A stretch of DNA of 64,000 bases from Lingula anatina (Eukaryota > Animalia > Brachiopoda): the NCBI GenBank assembly GCA_051362555.1, contig CM120649.1:372001-436000 (forward strand), written 5' to 3'. Every line of letters starts with the position of its first letter. The first letter of the stretch is position 1. Of the stretch, positions 1 to 13,740 are shown piece after piece. The notes below the pieces were generated by a model. That model was not told the DNA's origin, did not search any database, and worked only from the letters and a program-made list of their open reading frames with translations. A program made the position numbers and the translations under genes.

Positions 1-1365
1 TCATTCATTCAATTATTTTTATGTACGCACATTTAATACTCACAGATTTTTTTTCATTAAAAATGTATGATTTAAGTGTTTATGAATCACACTTTCTTAG
101 TAAGAGGACTTTTTGCACTTAAACTGCTCAGAAAATGCCTTTACCTTTTATCTGGGTAGACAGTAAGGGCAACATCAATCAGTGACTGCTATGAGGATTC
201 ACAAAGCCTTAAAACTTTTGTTAACAGTTCAACTATCTTTATGGGTACATAGATCAAAGGAAAAGACAGACATTTACGTACAATGACACTGATTGAATTG
301 GCTCCAATTTGCTGTTGTTCAATGAATAAAGGATTAGAAAATTAAAAAAAAAAAGTTTTCCTAAATGTATACCTAAAATTTTCACTTCTTATTTAGAAAA
401 AAGGGGAGTTGTAATTTATTGCATTTTGAAATGGCAATTTACATGGTACTGTATTATTTGTAGTTCACTGCTGCAAAACGAGTCATTTACTTAAGAGCAC
501 TGCCTTTTTGCTTTTGTTTCCAAAAAGAACTACAAATGAAGAAAAGCGGACATTGTTAACAAAGCCAGCTCTGTCTAGTCTGGGAAACAGACCAAAGAAA
601 GAGTTGATCTTCATTTCTGAGCAGAACTACTACAGATTTGAAGCTCCTGCACCAGTGTGATGATAAAGTGATCTCTCAGGAATGGTTGTTGTATTTGTAT
701 AATTCTCTTGATTGTTTCTCTCAGGGCTTTTTATACTGAAGAATAGGTCACAAGAGAGTCTGCTGACTGGTAAAATAAGGATTTTACAGAGAGATAAAAG
801 ATTATTTAAAAATGAAATCAGTTTTTATGCTGGTACTAAAACAGTTTGTCTAAAAATATTTCTTATAGTGATTTTCTTTCAGACTGATAACTGAAGTTGT
901 GGCTTCCCAGACAACATTTCAATGACAAAATGACCGAGTCTGGAATCTATATGTTCCCATTTCATTCTCATGCTACGTCTTATCTGTGCTTTTGATGCTG
1001 AAGAATTGGTCACTGGAGAGAATTTGTTGGAGTAAATTGGTAAAACACAATGATAAAACTGATTGTGAAGGTCTTCATGGGGCAACATGTTGATTTTGGA
1101 GAAGCATATTCTGGTCTTCCTTTTTTTCTTTGTTTTTTTCTTTTTTTTTTCCAAGAGAACTTTTTTTTCCATGGCATAAAATGGAATGGATAATGGACTA
1201 GAGTCTAATTCTAAGATTTCCCACGGAGACACTTAACCTGTCTGCGCAGATATTCAGCAAATTACTGTGCGTGGAACTGTAGTTTTCTCTTTCATGCCTA
1301 AGTTAAATCGGATGCATTCACACCAGAACTAAAATAGACCAAAAATCTGTTACCTGGTCAGCTGA

Positions 1366-1518
1366 GTTATTGTCAGACATGAGTTTTTTTCTGTGGAAAC
1401 ACAAAATTCTGCATTTTTTAATTAAATTCTGATGGTTCTTGAGATTTGTCAAGATCTGTCATGTTAAATGTTCAGTTTTTTTTTTCTTTTTTTGAAACCT
1501 AGGCTCATGTCTGTATTA
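1366..1518. mobile_element. Degenerate MITE, same family as 36439..36606
   Basis: Ends tcagacatgag ... aacctaggctcatgtctg are inverted and match the copy at 36.4 kb. Boundaries approximate. Confidence 0.55.
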
Positions 1519-2289
1519 TCTTGTGTCTTAGCTGACCATAACTTCACACAAGCTGACCCAGTCAGTGGCCTTAAAACCCTGCTGGTGGGTGTACATGGGG
1601 ATTAGATAGGCTGCCTACTGTTAGAAATCCATACTTTATTATAATAATTATTTCCATTTTATTATAATTAATTTACTTTTTTATTATTAATAACATATAT
1701 TTATTTGTTGCAATTTAAGTTTTCCATTCTTAATTCATTACATTTGTTATATTCTTTATCTGTTCGCTTGTTTACTGATCAGTTTATTTGCTGGTGAAAA
1801 TTCTGTCAACATAATTGAAACCTAATTGAGCTAAAGTGATCTCCATCTGCTGCTGGCAGAAGATCACTTTGTGTTGTGGTGTGACACTTGAGGATAGAAA
1901 CAGGAAGTGTAGGAGGGGGATAAAAAAAGGAACTGATAACAACTCGGCCATCGGGGAACATTTATTAGAAGTAAAGGTTGAACAAAAGCCTGGCAGTAGA
2001 CTTGGTTTAACAGCCAAGTTTAGTGCTATAAAAATGAACTGATTTGAGAGTATCCCTTAGGGTCTTCTAGCCCCTGGATTAGATTTAGAAGGAAAAAAAT
2101 AAGTGTTGTAATTGGAGAATTACCCAGAAGTACTGTAATTGTTCTCCAGATTTGAATGAAATCAGTTATTGCATACTTGCCTGAAACCATAAATTTAAGT
2201 TTTAACTGAGCTAAATTGAAGATTTATAAGGATTCATCTTAGCTAGTATATTTGAGTGGATTACTGAAAGTATAAAATATTAGAGAAAA

Positions 2290-2291
<2 letters not shown>

Positions 2292-2365
<74 letters not shown>
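2292..2365. repeat. (TA)n microsatellite
   Basis: Uninterrupted TA run. Confidence 0.97.
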
Positions 2366-2369
<4 letters not shown>

Positions 2370-2502
2370 TGAGAAAAGGTTAGGTTTTGTGAAATTTGTG
2401 TATAAATACTGTATGTGGGACCTTCAGTCTATTATTAGCAGTTGGTAACTGCTGGTGTTGTCAGAAAGGGTGTTAGATAATGATATTGCCAGACACAGGC
2501 CT

Positions 2503-2597
2503 CGTGCCAGATTACCCTGATAAGATGAGATAACGTGCCAAATTACCCTGATAAGATGAGATAACGTGCCAAATTACCCTGATAAGATGAGATAACG
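2503..2597. repeat. 31-bp tandem repeat x3
   Basis: Unit cgtgcca(g/a)attaccctgataagatgagataa in three near-identical copies. Confidence 0.93.
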
Positions 2598-5500
2598 GTT
2601 ATTTTGTCCTAAGTGGATGTAATCATTAGATTGGCAGTTTTTTTCTTCTGTGACAATTACCATTTGTGAAGTATCTAAGAGTGAAACTGATGTGTCTGAT
2701 TTTGAAGCTCTGTACATGGCAGTGCTTCTACACAAAGTGGTTTTTTTTTTTGTTTTTTTCCCCTAAAATTGCATCTTGATTTTGAGCATGAGATTGCTTC
2801 CTTGTTGAACTAGCTATGTTTGTCCTTGAAAGTAAAGTGAAGAAATGCAGTGTATGTTCCAGCCATTATTCTTTTGAATCTAAAGTTGATTTCATGTTAC
2901 AATTAGCATTTTGCATTTCCTTTCATACACAATTATTATTACAATTTGTTAGTAATTTTTAGTTGTAATGATAATTATTAGTATTTCTGTTATAGATATG
3001 TGCTTCTGCCTTCTGCAAACTATGGGATATAATCAACCATGTGTTCTACTCATTTCTGGTTTTCCCTTCCATTTATGCTCATGAAAATATTTCCACTTCT
3101 CCACTCTTCTATATTTTACTTAATGTTTGGATGTTAGTTTTTATTTCCTCCCTGGTAGCCAGTAAAACAAGTAATTTGTCCCACGCCCTCTATTTTCATT
3201 CTCTAGTCTTCCCTCTTTGTGGTCATTTTCATTTCTACTGGGATATGGAAAAATTAACAGTACGGTAATTATTCATAACATTTAAATGACCTACTTATTC
3301 TAACATAATTTTTACTTATTTAATCCGTTATTTATTAAAAAATGCTTAGACATGGTCACTTTTTAACACTTCAATAGTTACTTTTTAAAAAAATTTATCT
3401 CATACTCATATTTGAGATCATAATTTTGTCAATTTGTTTGAACTTTGTTGGTTATCACTACATGCCGTGTTGTCAATATTCACCTTACTTCCCAGAGCCA
3501 TTCAGCTGAATGTCCAACCTCTGCACGCTATCATTGTTCATTTAATAATATTAGCCTTGATTCACTGCCTGTCTGGAGGCATTAAACGTGCACTTTGTTC
3601 TGGTTTTCCTGGAATTTTAACACACTTTCCCCGTGAATGCGTGAATTAGAAATCGCAGGAGAAGGGAAGAGAAAAATGAGGATGTTGGTTTTGGTCAGTC
3701 GAGGTGGCAATGCCTTAGGTGGATTGATATTATTTTTAACTCATACCAACATGTATATTTTTTACCGTGTGCTAAAAATGATGTGGCGTGAGTAGGAGGT
3801 GTTGCATATAATCATTTTAGCTAAATTTTTCCATCTTTTTATTGGAGGTGGGTGGGAAAAGAGATGAATGGAAAGTCTTTTGGCTTTAATTAATTTGAAA
3901 TGGAGTGAGTCGGCCAATTAGATCTGCAGTTTTTTGCTTATTTTATCTCATCCCATTAGTTTCTTCTTTTGCCCGTCCCATTTCTGCAGTCCTTATCTCT
4001 ATTTTTATTCTAAGACTTTTTTGGATTTTTTAATACAAACAAACTGTATAAAGGGCGGAGAAGGAATTGTAACATAAAATCTTTTCTATAAGGAATTCAT
4101 TAAATTTTATCAACTGTCTAATTCTGGACAACAAACTTGCTCTAGAAATTTGACCAAGTGTTGGACAAACTGACTGCCAGATATTCTGATAGTTGATAGG
4201 CACCTGGGAATGTTCTATAGACTGATGAACACTGGAAATGGCATAAACAGCCGAGAATTGAGGAGCCATTGACCTTGATCTGTGACCTTCTGGTCAGTTT
4301 GTTTGAGAAGAGGTCAAATGGCCAGTGAACGGTTATTAAGAATATGTTCCCTCAGGTGGGAAATGGTATGGTATAGAAGTGAATAAAGAAAGGAAGATGA
4401 TAGATTTAAAAAAAAAGTTTTTATCCATGGCTTCCATTGTGGCCGTAGATTGGTGGTTGAAAGATGACCTGGAGGCCGTGAATCATTGCCTGATTTACCA
4501 ACCATACGTCTCTGGTACCTGACATTCCACACACTTTTTCACTCAACAACAAGTGTTCTGACATTTTGTTTTAGTCCGCCTCACAGATCAGACTTAACAA
4601 ATACCCCATTACTGTGTTGTCTCCCCTGGATATAATTGATCAGAGTGAGTAGGCGATGCATAAAGCAAACTATTTTTGATCCTGAAAACAGTGAATTGTT
4701 TGTCCCAGGATAACTGCACTCTAGGCAGGCGTTATTAGTGGCAGAAACTCAACTTTTCTATAACGACATTATTTTTAGAGGTTTTAGATCCCATATATAC
4801 TGATGGCTGCACAGTTTCAGGCAAAATGTGTTAAAGCATCAAATGTTTTTTTAAAGCTGGGGTTAATTATTTATAAAACAGTGACTGTTTAGTCCTTGCA
4901 ATGGGAAGGTATTTTGCAATGTAAAGTTGGTCACATGAATTGCATTGCCTCTTGCAGAAACACATTGCGTGCAATTTTTTTTTTTTTTTTTTTTTTTTTT
5001 TGTCAAAAAAGGCCACCTTTGATTTTGCACATTTGATTAATTATTAGTAATATATGTCATTTCAACATCAGGGCTAATTTTGACCAATCTATTGATGTTT
5101 GAAATGGGTACTTGTTTAATAAAGTAATTTTCGGTTTCTCTCCCCCCCCCCTTCAAACTGAAGTTCAGCTACATACTTGAAGCAACTGTATCAGTCTGAA
5201 AGCTATTATTGCACATAATTTAATCATCTCTGTGCTGTATGCACCAAGCAGGCAAAGTTTTGTCTATTAAAAGCTACAGCCGTTACCACTAATTGAGAAA
5301 TTGCGTTGCTGTAATGTTGGCCTCTTTAAGTGGCGTGCAATTAAAGAATCACCCATCCTTCAAACATAATTCTCCTCAATTAACTGAGGTGCTGAGTAGG
5401 AGTTAAGATGACAGTATGCCATGCTGCTGATAATTAGTCTAATTAGTGATAAGTGCAAATGTACTCTTAGACTACAAGTTTCTATTGGCAGAATCTTTGG

Positions 5501-6173
5501 CGGAAGTCTATGAAATAGTGATGTAAATACAATTATCTTGTTGATTGAAATTGACTTTGAAATAAAAGAAAGAGGAAGAATAGAAAATGTCAAAATTCAT
5601 ATGTTGTAGTTGATGGTCATTTGAATGATTTTGACTTAAAAAAGAACCAAATCAGTCAGTTAATTTCCATTATTTGTGCTTACAGTTGTGTTGTTTTCTA
5701 TAAAGTTAGTTATACATATACTGGCATAATTAGCATTCACTTTAGATTAACTTTTGTTTTCTGCAACTTGGTGATAGAAGGTGCAAATTTGCCCTTGAAT
5801 GTATTGAGGGGTTGGAAACTCTGGGGGAAATTTCAGTAATTTTCATATAATCTGGTGGTGTTAAATGGTACTTATGTAGATTGGATTGTTTCTGGAATGG
5901 ATGGAAACAATACCTGGAAAATTGTCTCTGGGTGTAAAAAAGAAAAAAGAAAGAAAAAAAAAAAAATTGGCCTAATCATGTGCTAGTGATAATTTCAGTC
6001 CCTGTGGTCCTAGGTGAGATCTAACAGTAGCTTTGGGAGTGTTCAAGATTTGGATGGTGGGGGGCAGGAGTGGAAATACATGGAATAAACACCATATTAA
6101 TATGGTGAAATAAGTTTTTTAACCATCTCTTCTGTAATGGTGATGATAACCCTGTTTTCTACCTGTTAGGCAT

Positions 6174-6339
6174 TAGCCCCGTAGCCAGCAATTTCAAAAA
6201 GGGGTTCTTTTTCTGAAAAAGTGGATCTTTTACCATCAAACCTTTGTGTACCTAGATAAAATTTTACCCAGAGGGAACTTTACCTGGGCAAAAAACAGGG
6301 TTCATTTGGACCCATGAACCCCATGGCTATACAGGCCTG
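6174..6339. mobile_element. hAT-like MITE, inverted homologue of 60898..61063
   Basis: Ends tagccccgtagcca ... tggctatacaggcctg. Its reverse complement aligns with the 60.9 kb copy (shared atctaggtaca and tccactttttcaga blocks). Confidence 0.6.
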
Positions 6340-7118
6340 GACTTGGCATTGCCATGTCAGCCATGTGACCACGGAGCTCTGAGGGAGAGTCAAAACATCA
6401 GGCTCCATAAAAGAACTTGTTTAGTCTCTTGAAAATGATTAATTTTTTATCAACCACTTCTATATTGTGAAAACTGGTACTTACTTGCTTTGGAAACTGA
6501 TTCCTGCTAGGTTAAAGATGGTGCTTATACAAACAGACTTAAAAAATGCATTGTCATTGTGAACAAGATACTGTCAGGAACTTGATGGTGCTGATGGTGA
6601 TGGGGTAGCAAAAGAGAAGTACATCATTGTACTTCAATAACTTCAGTAACTCAGCATGAGCTGGTTGATAAAAAAAAACTCCATGGTGAGGTCAACCTCC
6701 ATTGCATCAGGTAATTGCTGATGCACGTGTTCTGCATTGACTTTTTACTGTTGTTGTAGTAGTATTTATTTATATTATTTTAACAAGGACAAGCGTCCTC
6801 GTCAGGGGAAGTCCAAAATCGATGTCAACAATATGTTTTTGTTCTTTAAGTTAATCCATACACTGGAGTTATAGTGGTAGGAAAAACTTTCTGTTAACTT
6901 CATTAACCCTTTTTACCATCCCTCAGGTACCTTGCTGTATTGGTGTCACGTACATAAACCGTGACTCGGCTATGACTCCATTGTTGATTGTGGGTGTTTA
7001 TGTTTGGTTTTGTTGCATGTGTTTGAATTGGAAGTATTGATCCATTGATAGTGGAATTCAATATTCAGATTTGTAATTCAATCTTCCTGGAACCCAGCAG
7101 CTGTGGGGGTTGTATTAA

Positions 7119-7459
7119 AGGGACAAAAACAGCAGTCTATAAGATATCCATATTTCACAATAAATATATTGTAAACAACTCTTAGAAATACAATAAATTA
7201 TATTTTACCACCAAAATGGTACATCACAATAAATTCTGGAATTTGTGCTTGCCATCACATCATGTGACCTCCATAGATGGCTACACTCTGTAATAATCTC
7301 TTAAGAGAATATTATAGAAAAACAAATTTTTTAGAAAAAAAACAGGGACTAACTTTGAATGTGGGAATGGATTCATTAAACATTAGTAAGTATGGGAAAA
7401 TTGTCCTTTATCCCAGGAAAATCCATTTTTTTTGGCCAAAATGAACTGCTGTTATCCCT
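7119..7459. mobile_element. Kolobok-like MITE (TTAA TSD)
   Basis: TTAA|agggacaaaaacagcagt ... actgctgttatccct|TTAA. AG..CT termini with a TTAA target duplication fit Kolobok rather than piggyBac (CC..GG). Confidence 0.7.
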
Positions 7460-8126
7460 TTAACTTAAAAAGAAGACAGGGTCTGTTAATTGAGGATATG
7501 GGGCTTTTTTATATATTTTTTTCAATGCTAGGTAGTACTGAAAAAAATTCTTTTCTGTGCATCAAAAAAATATTTTAAGGGAAATTTACTTTTTTGTCTC
7601 GAGAAGGAATTAACTTTTTACCATCTTTCTCTACACAAGAGGCATTGAAAAACTTATTATAAAAAAAAGAAGAGATGAAATAGAATAGTTTTTTAAAAAT
7701 AAAAATACCATATGTTCTCAACAAATGACCCTTAACTGGTAGTATTTCACAATAGTTAGTTCACCTATTTGAATTGGAAATACTGCTGTGTAGATGGAGG
7801 GCCAGTGGTGTTAGGTTTTGTAATATAAACCATCTAGAACTGTGGATCTCACTGGCAAATTTATACTATAAATATCTTAACTACTGGACTACTGGAGAGA
7901 AAAAAATAGACTTCTTTTTGTTTCCTTGTTCAACTTGTTGATTGTTGAATAAATTCATGAAGGTATTCTCATTTGTTGCACATTTGAGATCACTTTACAC
8001 TGCCCTTTACTCACTACCCAGCTTGCCCAGTATAAATTAAGGATAGAATTGTGTTTGAAATGACATCTTCCCACTTTAAAATGCTGGTGTATTAGGTTAA
8101 GAAAATGTCCTTTAGTATCAGAGTTA

Positions 8127-8357
8127 GGCCTTCTTTACACTGAATGGCATCCTTTCTGCACCTTGTAGTATGCCCCACTTTAGGGCAAAAATAATAATAG
8201 TCATAATACTACTTTACGTGCTGACTACCAGCTGATCATTGAGCATTCATTCTGTAACCAAAGCAATGCTTGTGCCTCCTTTCTACGACCACTGCGATGC
8301 CAGTTTTATGGTGGCACAAAGGACACAGAAAGGACACCGTTCAGTATAAAGGGGGTT
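8127..8357. mobile_element. PIF/Harbinger-like MITE (TTA TSD)
   Basis: TTA|ggccttctttacactgaatggcatcctttctg ... cagaaaggacaccgttcagtataaagggggtt|TTA, an imperfect TIR of about 32 bp. Confidence 0.7.
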
Positions 8358-8864
8358 TTAACATCTAGAACTGGTACAGTAAACATGGTGTAAGATATGT
8401 GGCAGCTGAGAGAGAGAGATGGCTTCACTGATTGTGTTTAACTGGAGCTCCTCTAACACATTCAGGGAGATTGTTTAGAGCACATTGCACTCTTCTTCTC
8501 TAATGCACTGCCCATTACTCTACTGTCTAGAAGAGATTGAGACAAAAAGCAGCAATAGTACAAACACTGACCAAAGGAACTTCTTGTAGTCTGTACCAGA
8601 ACTTAGCCTACTCCACAACCAGGGTCTGAGAATCTACAAACAGAAATAGGGGCCAGTGACAAAATTTGGACTTTTTTTACTGGTGCAGCTTTAAATTTAC
8701 TGAGACCAAGTGTTGCTAACTTATTATTTAATTATTATGAAATTCAAAGTTATTATCAGTTTAGTAATTATTAATCAGTGACTTATTTATTAAGTATATA
8801 ATTAAATGTATACACATAGACTGGTGTTATTATGCTGAACAAAAGCTACATGTATACACACTTA

Positions 8865-9079
8865 CACCCCATTTCCATAGATTAGATTGACCTACTTTAG
8901 ATCGACCTAACTCCCTGGGGGTTCACGCTAAATAGCTGTCAGCCGGGCGGACATGAAAGTTAATTACCCCCTTAAAGCTTGTAGTAGGCGGGACGGACAT
9001 TTAAGTCGGATTATCTAAAAGTAATCTAGTGAGACTCCCCGTGGGGATAGATCGATCTAAAATCTATGGGAATAGAGCC
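8865..9079 (+). mobile_element. 215-bp PIF/Harbinger-like MITE, family A copy 1
   Basis: Colinear and highly similar to 43523..43737 and 63719..63933. TIR (g/c)accccatt(c/t)ccatagat ... atctatgggaat, preceded by TTA. Confidence 0.88.
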
Positions 9080-11486
9080 ATAGATGTTCACAGTTCTTTT
9101 TTTTTTTTTTTTTTTTATTAAAGTGATCATCATTTTAACCAAATTTTATTGTTGATTCAAATATTTGAATCCATCATCATTAACAAATCACCGTTATAAA
9201 TTTCTATTCTAAAGAATGTCATTTACTATGCAAATGTGATGGTCCTGTAAACTCAGTTGACATGGATTTGCACTTTCTGTCCCTATTTATGTGGGTTGTT
9301 CACTGCACATGTACTGAAATTACTGCCTTTGTTTTACATTGATAAGATTATAAAAGAATTGTGGTTATTTGTAAAAGTCACTAGAGTCATTGTGTCACGA
9401 CTTCATAATTTATGTCTAATTACCTTTTATTGAGGAGTTAATTTAAAACAAATTTGTGAGGACTAGAAACCTCATTAGTTGGTAATTAAGCTGGACAATA
9501 GATGGAAATAATCGATGGATACCATTATTTATATCAGTTTTATCAGAATTCTTCCCTTCCAAACAAGACCAGTGCCAGGTTACCATTTATGCTGGGCACC
9601 GTAGGATTCATCAGAAATTATTGTGTATTTCTTTTCTTCTTCTTTTTTTTTTTTTTTTTTTTGTGCCAATTTTTGATTTCGATCAACAGACTGGTGGTTT
9701 TTGCCATCTTTTGCTTGTAACAGGTGCCATGTTATCATATGTCAGTTTTATTTATGTATTTAAATTTCTTTTACTGTTGGTGTAAAACATATGCCAAGTT
9801 TTTTTTTGTAATAGAACAGGTACAATAGTTCATTTAATTGAGTTACTACTGATTTCCCTGGAGTCAAAGTAGATTTAAATTATGATCTAAAACCATAGAC
9901 CAATTTTCAGTTTGAGGTCCCTGGTCTATCTTGGTTCAGTTGTGAACAGGACATAAGTGAAATATTTATAATTAAATAAAACTTCCTAATTTTGACGTAA
10001 ATGTTTAACACCTGTTTTTCAAACCAAGTTCACACTTGTTGTTTGAAGGTAGAATGATTTATACTGGAACATCTTTGCACTAAGCTGCAGTAAGAAGCAT
10101 ACTTTAGAAGTCACCAGGCCCAGCCTTGGCTGCAAATAAAGGCCAGCTTTCATATGGTGCTACTTTTCACAGTAATCTATGAGGCATTCAGTGTATAACT
10201 TATATAAGTCAGGTAGTATATATAGTCAGTAGTCAAAGGAAGATTCCTTATTTATGATTTTTCTGGGTCTTGGGGTATCCGTAAGGTCAGATGGGCTTTT
10301 TTTGCCCTTCAGGATTTCCTAGATTCAGGATTCATGAGAATTCAAATGCATCGTTTTAAGCTTTCAGTTGTTGATGCTCAGTTCTAAATGATTTTAATTT
10401 TGCAACCTGTTTTATCATGGGATCAATTTTGCTCGAAATTTTGATTAGAGTTATGCATTGGTGAATATCCATTAAAAAATAAGGACATCCATCCAGTTTG
10501 CATGTTCGTTGTGTGGTTTAATATATGTGCTAATACCATCTGTTTCTAAAAAGTACAAAATACTTTCTGTTATGTAATTGCAATGTGGTGTTATTGGTTG
10601 TCAGTCTCATGTTTTACAAATGATAATGAGAGTGTGTGTTATGGTTCATTCACCTGTTGGAAAAAACTGGCTTTGTACTGTTAGCAGTGACAGCTGTGGA
10701 AAGACATTTCTATATTATTAAAAGAAGCATGGTAATAGAATGATTTATTTTGCATTTTTAGCGTTTTGTTATCAAGGTCACCACTGCTAAGTTATTGAAT
10801 GAAACCTGCACAGTTTTTCTTTATGGAAAAAGAAAAAATGGATAAAATTATCTTTACAAAAATATATCTATTGGAAAGATTAGACGAAGGTTCTTTACCA
10901 CAAACTAACAAAGTTTTAAGGTACTCCTAAGGAACATTGCAGTGCACTCTTACATCTTCAATCCACACTGTAATCTTTATATCTTATCAGTTTGCCAAAC
11001 TGATGAACTTATTTCAATAGATATTGTGTAAATGTGAGCATAGTTCATGAAGTATTTTTAAAGAATTTTTTAAAAATGTTGGTCGGATTTGTTGACGGTA
11101 TGCCAGGCTGTCTTTTTCCAATATTGAATTTACTCAGGACCTTGCTCTAATGGAGATGCTATCTAGGAAAAGGTTAATTGTAACTTTATTTTATTTGATC
11201 AGAAAGGGGTAACATCCTTTAGTATTTGGTAATATCCTTAAAAGTTTTTCCTGCAGTGATTCCCCATTTTGAGAAATTTGAGAAAATATTATTGTGAAAT
11301 GTAAGAGCAGTAGTGTGTGTCTGTGTGTGGTGAGGGCCCACTTAAAGCAAATGTCAGGGAACTTTTAGGCGGTGTTCCTAATTGATTAGGGGAGTAAGTC
11401 AACAGTGGGTCTATTTAAATGATCTTCTTGTCTATTAACTTCACCTTAAGCAACTTCCGTGCCAGGATAGGGTTTATTGTATCCTG

Positions 11487-11499
11487 AGAGAGAGAGAGA

Positions 11500-11555
<56 letters not shown>

Positions 11556-11600
11556 GAGAGAGAGGGAGAGATGGGAGAGATGGGAGAAGAAAGAGAAACT

Positions 11601-11637
<37 letters not shown>

Positions 11638-11654
11638 GAGAAGAAAGAGAAACT

Positions 11655-11696
<42 letters not shown>

Positions 11697-11716
11697 TGGG
11701 AGAAGAAAGAGAAACT

Positions 11717-11751
<35 letters not shown>

Positions 11752-11813
11752 GAGAAGAAAGAGAAACTAAAAGAGAGAGAGAGGGAGAGATGGGAGAAGA
11801 AAGAGAAACTAAC

Positions 11814-11846
<33 letters not shown>

Positions 11847-11919
11847 TGGGAGAAGAAAGAGAAACTAACAGAGAGAGAGAGAGAGAGAGGGAGAGATGGG
11901 AGAAGAAAGAGAAACTAAC

Positions 11920-11950
<31 letters not shown>

Positions 11951-12000
11951 TGGGAGAAGAAAGAGAAACTAACAGAGAGAGAGAGAGCGAGAGAGAGAGA
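11487..12000. repeat. Compound GA-rich satellite: (GA)n tracts alternating with gatgggagaagaaagagaaactaaca
   Basis: About 8 copies of the spacer unit separated by (GA)n of variable length. Confidence 0.95.
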
Positions 12001-13740
12001 TGCTTTTTAAAATATCAGTAAGGGGGGGCCTGCATTATGTCATAGGAGGAATTCATCAGGTTTTGTAAAAAAAAAAAAATTAAATATAATATATATTATG
12101 CAGACATATCTCATCTATTATACCAGCATAATTACTATTATGTTTAAGGGAACCTGAGACATATTTCCTGGACTTAGGGTTAAACAGACAAAAATTATTC
12201 CTGCTAAATTACCGGCATCTTGATATGAAAGTCTAATTATTTTGAAGATACCAGGTTTTATTGATAAAACATAGGCTATTTTCATGGCACTGGCTGAATT
12301 ATTTTACCCTGACCTTAAAATAAGAAGAGAAGAGTATGAATGTAGTTGTGCTTTCTTCAGAATAATAATTATGTTATGTGGATTTGACAGAAAAGATTTC
12401 ATGACTGGGACCCTGTCTTTTATATGCAGTGGCACTGAATTCTTAGAAATTGTAATTATATTGAAAATAGTGTCAATAAAGAAATTATGTTTAACCCTCT
12501 TACGGTGGTGGATGACACGTCATATTGAGTATTGGAAACATATGATGTCTCATATCAGATAAAGTAACTGGGGAAAGTTGGAAGTGACAAAAACCTTTCC
12601 TGTACACTATTTGTCCACATTCGATTTGATTGACTGGCAAAAATGGATTTTAGCAATTTTAAGTCATTGCACTCAGTATTTGATTTGATAAAACTACCAT
12701 GATAATTTCATTACGATGACTTACTTGTCTCCATTTTCTGTTCTCCTGCATTTCTTCTTGTCACGTTTAGAGCAGCAATTTCAGGCGACTTTCTTGCTGG
12801 AGATCTCAGTTCTGAGGCACACTTCTTCTCAACTGTGACCAGGTTCTGCATTACTAACTGACTGTGAACCATTGACGCAATAGGATTATTAATTCATCAG
12901 TTAGAGCTGAGATGAATTCTTAAAAATTCATATAACCTGTGCTTTGCCATGTAGGTGTTGGTGTTAAGTTTTCAGAAAGGATCCTGATTCTGATTGAAAA
13001 GGTTCTCAGAAGAAATAAGTTGAAATTTGTAAATTTAAATGAAGCTGGTCAGTTTGTTCTAAAACTATCTTGGGCTGAAGTAGAAAATGTATCTAAGTTG
13101 ATTTCTGCAAGAGCATTGATAGTTCGGTGTTTCTCCTGACAGCTGGTTTACATCAAGAGGAGGTACAATTTTTCAAATTAAGCCCTTATCTTTGCAATTT
13201 TAATAATAATGCAAGTAAGGCTTAAGAGCCTTGACCGTATCATATGTTGTATTATATGAATTATTTTTGCAGTAACTGAGACAAATATAACTTCTATGCA
13301 AGTGACTAAAACATTTCAATGAATCTAGTTTTATTTTTTTCCCTTAATAAATACAATTTTTAGTTTGAGATTCAAGCTTTTATTCTTCTTTGCTAATTTC
13401 ATCAAACTGTTGGTCACTTGCAATTGTGGTCAAGTTAACTATGGGTCAAGCAGTCAACAATGAAGAATAAAAGCAGTGATCATATCCTGAGAACTGCAGA
13501 ATTCTTGTAATGGTAATTGCAACAGCATTATTTTCTAGTGCAAAATCTTCTAGAACATAGAAATCTGAAATGCTTTTGTTTCTCAAAATGCTGTAAGTAA
13601 TATTAACTGTTCATAAATAATTTAAAAGTCAAACTGTACTCACGTCATCATGTGTTTGTGGTCAGTGATAAAAACTATGGCATTAAGTTTAATTAATTAT
13701 TTAAAAAAAAATTTACACCTTGTGATTCAGTCAGTTCTTA

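Noticed and set aside
879-1232. 117-aa ORF with a lysine run
   Set aside because: The lysine run comes from a poly-T tract, and there is no domain or splice support.
11571-11918. 115-aa ER-rich ORF
   Set aside because: Translation of the GA satellite, with no coding signature.
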